In this document: one piece after another, positions 51,545-64,000 of the stretch | How positions within the stretch are numbered: the first letter of the stretch is position 1 | Layout: each line of letters begins with the position of its first letter | From: Felis catus | Taxonomy: Eukaryota | Length of the DNA stretch: 64,000 nucleotides | Direction of reading: 5' to 3' | Assembly: GCF_018350175.1 (NCBI RefSeq) | Contig: NC_058368.1 | Location: 155,250,001-155,314,000, forward strand | The notes under the pieces: generated by a model | Databases searched by the model: none | What the model was told of the DNA's origin: nothing | What the model saw: the letters and a program-made list of their open reading frames with translations, nothing else | Program-made: the position numbers and the translations under genes

Positions 51545-51983
51545 CATGTGGTGTATATACACAATGGAGTATTACTCGGCAATCAAAAACAATGAAATCT
51601 TGCCATTTGCAACAACATGGATGGAACTGAGTGTATTATGCTAAGCGAAATTAGTCACAGAAAGACAAATATCATATGACTTCACTCATACGTGGAATTT
51701 TAGATATAAAACAGATGAACAGAAGGGAAGAGAAGCAAAAATAATACAAAAGCAGGGAAGGGGGACAAAACATAAGAGACTCTTAAATACAGAGAACAGA
51801 CAGAGGGTTGCTGGAGGAGTTTGTGGGTGGAGAGAGGGGCTAAATGGGCAAGGGGCACTAAGGAGGACACTTGCTGGGATGAGCACTGGGTGTTACATAT
51901 AGGGATGAATCACGGGATTTTACTCCTGAAATCATCATTGCACTACATGCTAACTAACTTGAATGTAAATTAAAAAAGAAAGA
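51545..51983 (+). mobile_element. 5'-truncated carnivore L1 3' end
   Basis: Same ORF2 end and 3'UTR type as 38980-39440. 19-bp TSD aagaaat(c/t)aatcatcattc at 51526-51544 and 51984-52002. Confidence 0.94.
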
Positions 51984-54038
51984 AAGAAATTAATCATCAT
52001 TCTTATCATTGTTTCCCATCATGTAATGCCTTTTCTCCCTCCCTCTCTCCCCCTCTGTCTCTCTCTTTCTTTCTTAAAGATTTTCTCCTTATCACTGGCC
52101 TCCAGCAAGTTTATTATTATATGTGTAAGTATAGATTTTTTAAAATTTATCGCGCTTGAATTGGATCTTTAATTGGATGCTTTTCACCTAGTTGAGAAAT
52201 TTGGGATCATTATTTCTTCAAAAGGTTTTTCTGCCCTATTCTATTAATTCATTCTCTCAATTCTGTTAGTTGAATATGTCTTATACCATTGGCTATTTCT
52301 CCACAGATCACTGAGGTCCTGTTCTCCCCCTGCCATCTTTTCTTCTCTGTATTCTTCAGCTTAAGCAATTTCTATTGATTTTTCTTGAAGGTTACTAACT
52401 CTTCTACATTGTCCAATATACCGTTACACCCACTGAGTGAAATTTTTATTTCTTATATTTTATTTTTCAGTGCTAAAATTTATATTTGGTTCTTTTTCAT
52501 ATTTTCCACTTCATACTGAGATTCCTTATCTGTCCATTCATTTGACCACCTTGTCCTTTAAACCCTTGTACCCATTTCTTATAGCTTTTATAAAATCTTT
52601 GTTGCAAACTCCAACATCTTGACTATTTTAAGGTTTGTTTCTATTGACTGCTATTGTGAACTATAGTTCATTGCTTCTTCATATATTTAATATTTTTACA
52701 TGTTGGATATTGGGAATAACACATTGTACAGAGTGTATCTCCCTTTAAGGTATGCTAGTATAATTGTGGCAGTTAGATAATTTACTGGCAGGTTCTCTTA
52801 GTCCAGTCAGACCTGGTTTTAGGCTTTGTCAGTGTATTCTCTAATTGAGGATGTGGCTCTTACTCTAAGTTGTGGTCCTTATCCCTAAAGCATGGCCTTT
52901 GAGAGGTTTCAACTGAATGTCAGCCCACTCTGACTAGGCTAGAACTTCAGTGCCTTCCAGCATTGCACAAACTATGGAAGCTCCATTCAGCCTTTGGACC
53001 CACTAGCTTCACTTTGCTAGGCCTTACAGATTCTTACCCTGCATATATATAGCCCAACTCTTGGCAAAGGACGAAAAGAAAACATACATACAGATTTCTA
53101 GACCTCAGTCAATGTCCTCCTCTCTTGGACCTTGTCCTGAATATTCCAGCCACCTTGGCAAACTCGAACTCTGATCCTTGCCTTCTCAGCTAAGCAAGAC
53201 TCATACTTGGGCCTCATCTCCTTGAACCCCAGTCTGAAAGATGCTACAAGTCAGAAAATTGGATTAAACATGAAACTTACCTTTCATCTTTCCTTCCAAG
53301 GATCATAGCTTTGTCCTGTCTATTTCCAGTGCCTGGAAAACTATATCCTCATATAGCTGGTTCAGTTTTATAATTATTTACAGTAGGATATTAATACCAG
53401 TTACTCTAATAGATCCAGAAAAAGAAATCCAATCTACTGATAACTCATCAATTTATTATCTTGTGCCAGAGTTAATTACTTCAGCCTCAGCTTCCTCGTC
53501 TTATAAAATTACGGGTTGCCTATACAAGTCTGCCTCCTCTAAGATCCTAATATTCAGTAATATCTTGCTTCAAAAGTTAGAGAATATCTCAGGTAGCAGC
53601 CTCATTCCTTATATATGCACAAATGGATTCAATTAGGGCCAGCATTTGGACTACCACTTTGACCTTTGCCAGTCAACACTGGGGTGGTGTGATTTTTCTG
53701 AAAGCTTAAACAAAATAAATCATTTCCTTAAAGGCATTATAGTTAGCAACACTCTTACAAATCTACTACATCATTGTGCTGGGGTAGAAATAAAAATGGT
53801 CCAAATTTTTCCCATTTAAAATGAAAAGTTGGCACCAATGTAATAGAGAATTGTATAGGTTAATGACTAGAATATTGGGAATGTGCCTGGAATTTCTTGA
53901 GAGAAAAGGTCCCAGAAATATAAAAGAGAATTTTCCATACTCAAGAACTATAATACTTCACATATGTGCCATGGGGTAGAATGAAGAGAAACAAATGGGA
54001 AATAGTTAATAATCTGGCATACTTTCAAATCTTCCAAG

Positions 54039-54039
<1 letters not shown>

Positions 54040-54077
<38 letters not shown>
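54040..54077. repeat. (CA)n microsatellite
   Basis: Read directly. Confidence 0.97.
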
Positions 54078-54080
<3 letters not shown>

Positions 54081-54941
54081 TTTTATATGCCTATCATGAA
54101 ATGATAGAATAAACTTACTAATCTTGCAAAAGACTAGGATTTATAAGCTACCTAAAAAAATGTCCATTTCCCCAATTTCCCTTTTTGCTTTTCTTCCTTT
54201 CTTTACAGACACTGATATTTACACATAAAAGTGTATTTAAAGGGTTTTTAGGCAAAAATACTTTTGTACCTACAAAGCCCTTTACTTAAAAGTTTAAACC
54301 TTTCTTCTGCCTGAGAGCACTTGGAGGTTGTCTTGATAAACATTATATGTGGAAAACACAATTTTTTCTTGCATTAAGCATTTTTAATAAAATATTTTTA
54401 AACTTCATGGAGTCATTTCAGATGATCTAAAAGAACCCCAGAGACAATAAAAGAAGAGCACATCTGTTATCCTCTCTGCTAATATAAGTGTCTGATTGTT
54501 TCATGTCCCACAAGGCATATTCCCACATAAAACATGACAGGGAGAATGAGTAGTAATGACTAGAGTGCAATGACTGGATTTGTGAACATCCCACACAATG
54601 ACCATCAGCCCGCTTATGAGATGATGTGCTAACAATACCAAAAATGAGCAATGGCAACCATTGTACCTCACATGACTATTAAACAACATAGAGGGATATG
54701 TGAACACTGAACGCTTGTTGGAGAGAAAGCATTTACTAACCCTGCTCCTAGGACTCCCAAAGCCTCAGCTCCCAGTTTACAGCACATTTTTCTCTTTCTT
54801 TGTCTATAGGATGAGAACACCTATTTCCAGGCAACTCTTGACCTTGAGAGTCACATGAGAAGTTTTAGGTATGCAGTTTTTTGAAATGGAGCTATTTTGA
54901 GGTTGATTTTAAATATGCAGGTAAAGGAACATTTCTGTATA

Positions 54942-56121
54942 CAGACAGTGCTCACATTGCACAACATTGTGGAACCATAAAAGTGGTCATGCATGCTGAA
55001 ACTGTTCAAGCCATTTTATTTATTTTTTCCAATTTTTTAACGTTTATTTATTTTTGAGAGACAGAGACAGAGCATGAGTTGGGAAGGGGCAGAGAGAGAG
55101 GGAGACACAGAATTGGAAGCAAGCTCCAGGCTCCGAGCTGTTAGCACAGAGCCCATTGCAGGGCTTGAACCCACGAACCGTGAGATCATGACCTGAGCTG
55201 AAGTCAGACGCTTAACCAACTGAGCCACCCAGGTGCCCCTGTGCAAGTCATTTTAATAATCAATGGGGAAAATTATGATTGCTCTGTGATCTCTAAAAAT
55301 TTTTGTCACAAGTTGTCTCTTATTTTCCATTACAAATATATAGAGAAATGAAAACAATAGAAAAAATTACTATTTGTTCAATACATTCTAATTTAAAACA
55401 CTTCAATGAAAATTAAAGGTTTTATTTCCATAAAAATCTTATCAAGAGTAGACTAAACAGTGTTTTCCCTCTTCTTATTGTATAACAGGATACAGAGCAT
55501 GTATCTTTTCTGTCATATTGAATTGTTATAGTCTTGTCTAAGTTTGGGTCAGCTTTTAGCATTTTGTTCCTTGTGATTTAGACATCACATAATATTTTGG
55601 AGAGTACTTTAATGTGGGGTTTTTTGGTTTGGGATTTTGGGTTTTTGCCAATGTCACTTTCTCTAGGACATATTCACCTTTTTTGTTCATAACCACTTTC
55701 CAGTTTCACTTCCAGAGTCACCATCGTTTGTTTCTTTGTTGCACTTTCATCTTTGTTGGCCAATTCCCTGTTTCGATGATGTAGACTTGTAAAATGTCAT
55801 TTGGATTCATCAGTTAGGAGACAAAGACACAACATCACTAAGCACTTCGCTATCTGTGTATAAACTGAATAATAGATGCAACTGACCAATCACCAAACAG
55901 GCACCAAGTAAGGTGATGTGATTGGTTACTGATCACGATGTGCATCTGCTTTTAACATCATGATTTCGGGGCCAAATGGGTACCCGTGAAGTTTGTGCAT
56001 TATACAATTACTTGTAGTAACTGAAATTTCGACCATTTTGTCGAGGGACTGTTGTTATCTAACTATACTGTGATAACTGAAATTCATGCATATCTGAACC
56101 ATGCAAAATGAGGACTGGTTG
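54942..56121. mobile_element. Non-autonomous Tc1/mariner Tigger-type DNA transposon (Tigger13-like)
   Basis: TA-cagacagtgctcacattgcac ... atgcaaaatgaggactggttg-TA: imperfect terminal inverted repeats with a TA TSD. Confidence 0.75.
55019..55239 (-). mobile_element. Can-SINE within the Tigger element
   Basis: TSD tgt(t/g)caag(c/t)catttta at 55003-55018 and 55240-55255. Confidence 0.94.
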
Positions 56122-56647
56122 TATTTAGAGAATTGGTTTTCCCATTGATTTGATTTGGCCTAAATTTAGTCATTGGGTGTTTTCTCTCTGTTTTAAAGGA
56201 TTTTACTAAACTTCTAAGCACAGGCCTTGCTGTTCTCTTCAGAATGTAGAGGAAATAAATCTCAGGTAAAACACAGTTACATAGGAGATAGAAATATTCA
56301 ACTTTCTATAAAACTTATTTTCTATTTAAACGCTTATTTCACCAAGTGGCAAAATCTAATATTTTTCAGTACAGAATTTCTTTAAAGTACCTGTCTAGAG
56401 CTTGTGTCTGAATTCAAGAGGCTTATATAATGCCAGGTTGTGGTAGGGTAGTAGGGTGAGTAAATTTCTGAACTCCGGTCATCAGCTTCTCTCAACACCA
56501 GCAGGTGTTGCAATGAGCTACCATCTTCCTGCCTGAACTTTGCTGTCATAGAGTCACAAGGTCTTCCTCTCCTGATCTTGACGCCCTTCGGGTGCCCTGG
56601 TTCTTTGGGCAGGTCTAACAGCTTTCTGTAACCTAGAAAAACATTCT

Positions 56648-56866
56648 TTTTTTTTTTTTTTTCCAACGTTTATTTATTTTTGGGACAGAGAGAGACAGAG
56701 CATGAACGGGAGAGGGGCAGAGAGAGAGGGAGACACAGAATCGGAAACAGGCTCCAGGCTCTGAGCCATCAGCCCAGAGCCTGACGCGGGGCTCGAACTC
56801 ACGGACTGCGAGATCGCGACCTGGCTGAAGTCGGACGCTTAATCGACTGCACCACCCAGGCGCCCC
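56648..56866 (-). mobile_element. Young felid SINE (SINEC_Fc type)
   Basis: Perfect 18-bp TSD aacctagaaaaacattct at 56630-56647 and 56867-56884; pure poly(T) tail. Confidence 0.97.
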
Positions 56867-57489
56867 AACCTAGAAAAACATTCTGTGGATCTACAAGCTA
56901 GGCTAGGATGCTCAAGGTCTCTTTAGGAATCTCAAGTTCAATATCCCATTCAAAAGGTGCTCTTATCTCTCCCTATCAAAGTAGAGTTTGTTCCCTTTCT
57001 GAGCCCTTCCTGAAAGACGACACAGGCTTCTTCTTGGATTTCCAAACCAATCTGGGTATTCTATCAATGCTTTCAACTCTATACTGGAACACAATCCAAG
57101 AATCCTCTTCTTAAGATCCACAAATACCCTTTTAGCTTCAGCTTGATTGATTACCTTCTCTTTTATACATGGTCCCTCCCCTACCAGCAAACATTACAAG
57201 AGTGGGTGGATTCTGGCTCTGACAATGAAGTATCCTTCTACCCTCCCAAATCGTCTTACCATATGCCTAGATCTTTCCAAAACTCAAAATTCAAGATTTT
57301 GGCTCACTTCTCATGTCTACCATCAGGGGTTCCACTACAATGACCCCTTCTCAAGCAGCAGATGTTTCAAGAATGTAGCTTAAGTGGAGGAAGGGCCATG
57401 GAATAAAAATAAAAAGGAAAAAAAATGAGCTAATGTATTTCTTAAATTTTATCCTGTAGCAAATGAAAAAGAAACAAAGTGTGGGGTGG

Positions 57490-57835
57490 TGATTATGAAC
57501 TTGAGCAAAGGTCTGACTGCTTCCTAAGTCTAAATCCAGAATTTATGCTGATATATTACTTTATATTATATATAAAGTATATAATATAAAGTATATAATA
57601 TATACTTTATATACTTTAATATAATATATATACTTTATATATAAAGTATATAATATAAAGTATATATATTATATATAAGTAATATATATATTACTTTTGA
57701 GTCTCAGTTTCATCATCTGTTAAACTGTCATTATAATGGTTCTGACCTCAAAATTTTTGTGGAAATTAAACTTTGCCAAAAAAAGCATTTAGCATAGTTC
57801 CTGGCAAGTAGGAACTGTTCAATAAATGTTAGCCT
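57490..57835 (+). mobile_element. MIR interrupted by an AT-rich palindromic tract
   Basis: tgagtctcagtttcatcatctgttaaa...gcatttagcatagttcctggca...caataaatgttagc. Confidence 0.75.
57551..57697. repeat. Palindromic AT-rich tract
   Basis: Alternating tactttata and tataaagta units. Perfect palindromes at 57627-57652 and 57677-57696. Confidence 0.92.
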
Positions 57836-58397
57836 TTGTTACTAAGGGAAACAGTCATTAGTGGATGCTGAAAACTCAAAATTTTGAGGCTACATATCCC
57901 CCCAAATACCCTTAGAATTATGCCACTTATATGCCACTTATGTGGTTGCCAAAAAGTTTGCAAAAGACAGTTATCCCACAATTCTGTTTTAAGCTAAAGA
58001 ACTAAACTTTGCTTAGAATTTTCTTTACACAAAATTAAACGATGGGTAGCTGCTGCTTTTTAAGAAGGATTCTGCAATTACACATTGCATGCATCCTGTG
58101 ATCTGGGATAGGATAATAAGTTTTATGAATTTCAGTAAAAAGCATTTTTCTTTATCATCAACAGAGTCAAACATTTAGAAGGCTGCCAACAGGGTCCAAT
58201 CATGCAAAATCCTATTAGCTAATCCACGCCATTAATTCATATGAACTAATAGATTGAGAGTGAAGGGTCAAGAATCACAAATATTCACATTTGCTCCTCC
58301 TACATTTGAATGATTAATATGCCTATGACCCTGAGAAACATTCATAATTGTCACTGCCTTCCATCGTTTCCATGTTGTGCCTGGAACTGCTTCCCAG

Positions 58398-58399
<2 letters not shown>

Positions 58400-58431
<32 letters not shown>
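58400..58431. repeat. (GT)n microsatellite
   Basis: Read directly. Confidence 0.97.
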
Positions 58432-58433
<2 letters not shown>

Positions 58434-58944
58434 ACAAAGGTTGAGGGCAAGAGAAATAAATGGTTTTGAAATGAATGAATAGGACATAATTTATTGAAGC
58501 ATTAAACAGGGTATTGATAGCTTTCCTTAGCTTTCCTTACAGTAGCTGCACATCTGGATACAAAATAAAATCAAATACATAAATGAATAATCGTCTCCTC
58601 AGCAACTGCACCCACTGAGAAAAGTAACACCTGTTAAAGCTGAATACAGGGGCAACACAGTTAGAGAGGCACTAAGTCAGGACAAGCCCAACAATTAAAT
58701 CATAGACTCAAATCTCTCCTGCAGTGGGAAGAACCATCCTCTTAGCTCCTGCCTGTTATTTCCAACTTCGTACATCTGTTTCTCTACCAGCTTGACCTCT
58801 CCCCCTTCTTCTGATGGCAGCATCTCAATTTTGCCTTGGGGAACTACTACTCCTCCAAAGAATGAATTTGGTGAAGAAAGCATCTCCCTCCATCTTCAAC
58901 TAAAAACACTCAGAATCTCTCTTTTACAGGAATTTAGTCTTAAG

Positions 58945-59146
58945 CAGGAGAGTGTCCCAGAGAGCTCCTCACCCTTTATGCCATGTGAGCACACAGCAAG
59001 ATGGCTGTCCACTAACCAAGAAACCGACACTCACCAGACACTAAATCTTGAACTTCCCAGCCTCCAGAGCTGTGAGAAATAAATGTTTGTTGTTTAAACC
59101 ATGCAGTCTACAGTATTTTTGCTATAGCAGGCTGAAATGATAATAC
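58945..59146 (+). mobile_element. MaLR LTR 3' half (MLT1A-like)
   Basis: gccatgtgagcacacagcaagatggc...cttcccagcctccagagctgtgagaaataaatgtttgttgtttaa. Confidence 0.85.
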
Positions 59147-60577
59147 CAAACAGTTCTTAATCTAATATTATACTTCCTTACCAAAAACACGGGTTTTTCT
59201 CCACATTAAAACAAACAAACAAACAAAAATAATAATAACGGAAAACATGACTTGTCTAGAGATTCATGGTTAGTGAGAACTTGGTCAACCATCTTGGACT
59301 GAGGAGTTGCCATGGCAGTTTTTAACCCATACTCACTCATTTGAAGGAAAGGCAGGACTTGAGTGTCCCTGAGGCTTGTCTTAGCTTCCTAGACAGATGT
59401 CCCTCTGTGCCTCTTTGGCACAGACACACTTCTTCATTTCTTTCACACAGTTGACTACCAGCAGCTCCCTTTCAGTTGGCCAAAGAACACTGTGAGGCAA
59501 CCTTCCACCAACCCCCTGCAAAGCAGCCCAGGACACTGTGAGAAACCGGAGCAACCTCTTTCAAATAACAAAAAGAGCTTGAACAATAATTTTTTTAATC
59601 ATTCATTCCAGAATCCTTTGAAGCTATAAAAGTTACTATTATTCCCATTAGACTTTTAAAGGGGCTACACTTTTTTCCCAAACTTTTAACAAAACTGAAC
59701 CATGCAAAAAACTTGTTTCGTTTTGTTCTGTTCTGTTCCGTTTTTAAAGAGAGTTATGTAGTAGTTTTCTCACATTTTCCAAGGTACTGCCTTTGGTAAT
59801 TAATTCTGATATTTAATAATCCTCAGCTTGATTTCTTTCTTTAATATGAAGGACAGTGTAGGCCAGTATTTAACTAGCTTTTTGAACTACAACCGCCCCC
59901 AGATCCTGCTGAGTGAGAAGGGAGATTCCACACCAATGTACTTTTTTAGTGACAGGCATAATGCTACCCCTTGTAATGCAGAGACCTCAGACTTTCATTC
60001 AGAATTGTTCCCTAAGGCAAATGACCATTCTTATACCAATTTGGAATTCAGCAATCAAATTCCATTTTGGACACCTCTTATATAACTGCCTTATTTTAGC
60101 CACTCTCATGAATATAATAACAAGAGAGGGTAATGTTTACTGATAACACTGTAGTGATACCACCAAATTTCAGGACTGGTATCTATTTTCCTGTGAAGAC
60201 CACATCTTTCTCTCTCTGAGCTCCGAACGTCCTTGGATCACAAGCTTTTACAGACTGCGTTGTCTTCCCATTCTTTGTAAAAGAAACAACAAGATACAGA
60301 AATGGCAAAGGCAAAATGATAGTAATAATAATGGTGAATAATGAACCATGAACGAAAGGAACCACAATGCAGAAGAGCTGACTCAAACCCACCTGCTGTC
60401 CAAAGATATCAAGAAATACTGCCCCAAGTGTTTATTCTGAGACTCACATTTACTTATGTGATCATATATTTCATCATCCCTTTTGACTGACTTCAGTTAC
60501 TCCCCACTTTTTGTGTACAGAAAACTCTGTAGAATCTCTAAGATGGGTAGAAGTCACAAAGAGGATAGGAAGTCCAC

Positions 60578-60965
60578 AGTCTTGTTACTCAAAGTGGGTC
60601 CAGGATCAGCAGCATTAGCATCACCTGAGACCTATCAGAAATGCAGAATCTCTTGGAGCCTGGGTGGCTCGGTTGGTTAAGCATCCGCCTCTTGCTTTCA
60701 GCTCAGGTCTTGATCTCATGGTTCGTGGGTTCAAGCCCCACATTGGGCTCCACACTGACAGCGTGGAGCCTGCTCGGGATTCTCTCTCTCTCCTTCTCTC
60801 TCTGCCCCTCCCCTGCTCTCTCTCTCTCAAAAGAAATAAAAAAACTTAAAAAAAAAGAAATGCAGAATCTGAGGCTCTCCCTCGCACCTAGTAAATCGGA
60901 ATCTGCATTGTGATCATCTCCACTGGCTAAATTCCTCCATACATTGAAAGCCTGAAAAGCTCTGG
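60578..60965. mobile_element. MER5-type hAT-Charlie MITE split by a SINE
   Basis: tactcaaagtgggtcc...cagcagcattagcatcacctgaga...agaaatgcagaatctc...aaatcggaatctgcatt. Confidence 0.82.
60652..60855 (+). mobile_element. Can-SINE within MER5
   Basis: TSD agaaatgcagaatct at 60637-60651 and 60856-60870. Confidence 0.94.
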
Positions 60966-61944
60966 ACTATAGTATTTGATAATTGGAAAGAGTTTTCAAA
61001 GCTACCTGGAGTTTCTGGTTGTAATTTCTAGAATATGGGAGAATTTATAATGCATGTGCACGTCTTCCTTGCAGTATAACACGAAACCCTTCTGATTTGT
61101 GACTGAAATAAGAAGACATCTTATAAGATCTGTCTCTACTGATATGAATTGCCCCACAGTGAAATTTTTCAACCATATATGCATCCACTGAAAGAAAAGA
61201 ATTTATGTGCATATCAAATTTAAAATAGTTACATTTATTTTAATAACACTTAACATGAACATGAATTATGCAACCACATTAAGGAAAGAATAAGAAAAAT
61301 AAAACCGGTTCCTGTAAAATAACTTTGTCCCCCAAATGTGCCCAAAACAAAATCTTGGACCAACATTACTTTTCTTTGTCTCTTTTCCAAAATATTCCAT
61401 TAAATAGATTTAACTTTGTCTTTCAGGCAAACTGCCCTTGGCAAGAATTATTTTGTGATACACTTAGATCCATATGGCTCATTCCATTATAAAATGACCA
61501 TGAACATTGAAAGGAAAGAACACAGATTTCTTCTAAAGAATTGATTTGAGGTGCCAAAATAGACTAAAATGAGGCTTTTGCAAGGGTTAAACTTACATTC
61601 CATGTCGTCCAAAAATCTAATGAAATGTGGGCCTTCTGGGAAGGATGGAGAAAATTTTATAGAAAATGAAGACTCCAAGGAAAACAATCTCCACAGATAG
61701 TTCAAGACGAATGAGAACCTATCTATAGCATTCAGGATTTAGGTTAAAAATAAGGAAAAGTTTCCTGACAATTAAGATTATTAAATGCATAAATTATCAT
61801 TAAATGGAAAGTCAAGAGGACGCACTTTTAACAAAGCTTGCCACCATGAAATCACAGAATTGATTTATTCTTATTAAGGCTCTTGTTTTAACAATAATTT
61901 GTGTTGTTGATATTATTATTATTATCATTATTATTACATCAGTG

Positions 61945-62250
61945 CCAATTGAGCACTAAAAACATACCAGGCACTGTGTTTTGTACTTTACATGCATTGT
62001 AGGTGCTACTCTTTTTTTTTTGTTATTATAAATTATTTTTCTTATTGACGTATAATTGACATAGAACATTTAAGTTTCAGGTGTACAACTGTAGATGCTA
62101 TTATTATACTCATTTTACAGCTGAAAATAATTGAATATTCCCAGTTAAATAAACTTATCCAAGGCCACAAAGGCAGTGTATGGTAGGATTAGGATTCCTA
62201 CCCAGGCAGCTTCCCCCCAGAGTCAGCGCTCTGAACCACGAACCATACTA
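61945..62250 (-). mobile_element. MIR interrupted by a tiny L1 3' end
   Basis: ttgagcact...ccaggcactgtg...cattttacag...aacttatccaaggccaca. Confidence 0.75.
62011..62089 (-). mobile_element. About 80-bp L1 3' terminus
   Basis: T-rich tail plus ttattgacgtataattgacata...agtttcaggtgtacaac. TSD tgtag(g/a)tgcta(c/t)t at 61998-62010 and 62090-62102. Confidence 0.82.
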
Positions 62251-64000
62251 CTCTCCCTTCCGATAGTCCTACATCATGACAAGCCAGACTCGGACTCTAA
62301 AGTTGGGTTTACTTGGTTTGTTGTGACAAATTGACTTAAAGGGAAACTGTAGTCAATATGGGGAAAGGCACTAAGGAGTATTAAGATAACATCTAGTTAA
62401 CCAGGTGGCTAAAATATCGAAATTTATTCCTTGTCTATTCAGTGTGTCATCGGTCACCAGGCATCGCCCACCAAGCTGAGAACTGACTTGGGCTGCCTCT
62501 GGATTTCCATATGCCATCCAAATGGCCCTCACTGTATCAACACCCGGAAACAATGCAGTTCTGGAGACATTCTGCCCCTCACTCTCCATTGCATGAACCA
62601 ACCATGACGTGTCAACATGTACATGCGCAACTAGAACAAACACATTCTCTCCCTTAATTACACACAAACCAAATCACAAAAATTTTCTTTGGAAGGTACC
62701 TTCAAAGAGCCTGGAACTGAATTGATACTATCATCATATAAATACAGTGGATGTAATGTCCTTAGTATCTACCTAGATGAAATAAGGTTACATGTGGAAG
62801 GCCCAGCCATTGTGCAGTAAATCAGAGGTACTCAGCAAATGTCACTTCTTTCCTTTGCCCCCTCCTTGATCACATGGCTCTCACATATTTTATTTTACTT
62901 CTGAATTGGAGAGTGGAAAGGCATGGTCCTTTTAGAAAAAGCCAGGCGATAGCCCACTGTGAAGGAAACAGATTGGCATTAGGAGTGACAGGGCAGGAAT
63001 GGAGATATTTATAAGGTGCCTCCATTTTATAAAAGGCAGCTTAATTCCACAAGAGAAAAGGAAGGTGAGTGTACATCCACACTTAACACAATATAGCAGA
63101 AAAGATCAGAGACCTATGCAAAAATTTGACACCTATTATAAAACCACCTTGTGCAGGAAGAAACGATGAGTCGTTTGAAAATACTGAGCTTTACTGAGTT
63201 ATTACCAAACTGACCAAAAGCCATAAAAATACCAGAATGACCAAGTACCAGAAAGTGACCCAACTGTACACAGAAAGGTCCAAATAAGCTGATTAAAGAT
63301 GGTTCAGATAACATTCTACTTTTGTCCGAAGCTACGTTATTTGTCCTTAGAGGTTTCAAAATCGATTTCTTGGTTACTGGAGAAACTTAATTTATGCATG
63401 AATGTTTTAATTATATTTTATTTTATAAAAGTCTTCCAGTAATAAGTGAGATGCCCTGTTTTTCTCAGTGACCCTACTAGAAGCAACTCTAATGTCTATG
63501 CTTCTGTGATCTAGTACATCAGAAGGCAAACAATCTAAAAAGAATGAGAAGTTCTCTCTAGCAAAGTGTTTTTCACATTTTTGAAACTCGTGTCCTCCTT
63601 TGAAAGGTACCAAAATCTCATGCTTTCTTTTAATGTTATTTAAAATTCAGAACAAAATGAATCTTGTTATTCTCACTGAATCAAAGCAATGGAACAAAGT
63701 GATATTTTGTTTTCAAACCACACGGTCCCCTGCCTCCACTACGATACTGGAGGTGGTAGTGAAGGGGAAAAATGCCCCCCCCCCCCCCCACCAACTCACT
63801 TCTGTTTGAAGATTCATTGCTCTCATACTCATCCTCAAACACTGCTGGCTCTTACATAAGAAAAATATTCTCATTGACCAAATCTCAAAGTTCCAATCTG
63901 GCTCACTCTGAATGAATACCCATGGTCTTCAAAGAAGCCTAATTAAAGTACTAAGAGAAATATCTTAAATAACTAAATCTTAGCAATTGTACATGAAACT

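Larger units (their letters stand above)
48390..53430 (-). mobile_element. Ancient L1M (3'UTR, ORF2 and ORF1/5' remnants) hosting younger insertions
   Basis: Antisense L1 motifs throughout: gttgatggacattgggtcgtttccagttt; ttaatttgcatttctctgatgac; tcttgactaccatagttttatagtaagt; attatttcttcaaa...ttttctgcccta. Confidence 0.85.

Noticed and set aside
57920..58539. Short tandem duplications (atgccacttat x2; tagctttcct x2; also acacgttaa x2 at about 15832)
   Set aside because: Ordinary slippage micro-duplications with no further structure.
62371..62667. 98-aa minus-strand ORF with protein-like composition
   Set aside because: No homology recognised and no convincing pair of splice sites. The length is within the random range.

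Overview
This 64 kb window is AT-rich, repeat-dense mammalian DNA, almost certainly from a felid. Four SINEs match the young SINEC_Fc-type Can-SINE as I recall it, and young feline-type L1 3' ends are present. I recognise no protein-coding gene, RNA gene, CpG-island promoter or CRISPR array. The longer ORFs are L1/SINE-derived or look like chance ORFs, so the window appears intergenic or deep intronic. It holds about 20 Can-SINEs (most with readable target-site duplications, TSDs), several L1 fragments of different ages, L2, MIR, MaLR LTRs, a Tigger-type element, hAT MITEs and microsatellites. I found no convincing new biological system. The most notable structures are: two twin-primed, inverted L1 insertions with large internal deletions (46612-47562, 39883-40256); a 9-copy minisatellite at a SINE tail (21705-21880); a CpG-rich patch in which an ancient MIR appears to have gained GC (about 26.8-27.6 kb); perfect hairpins/palindromes (44267-44304, 57551-57697); nested elements; and several unverified candidate exons. 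Repeat subfamily names come from memory of consensus sequences, and boundaries of ancient elements are approximate.
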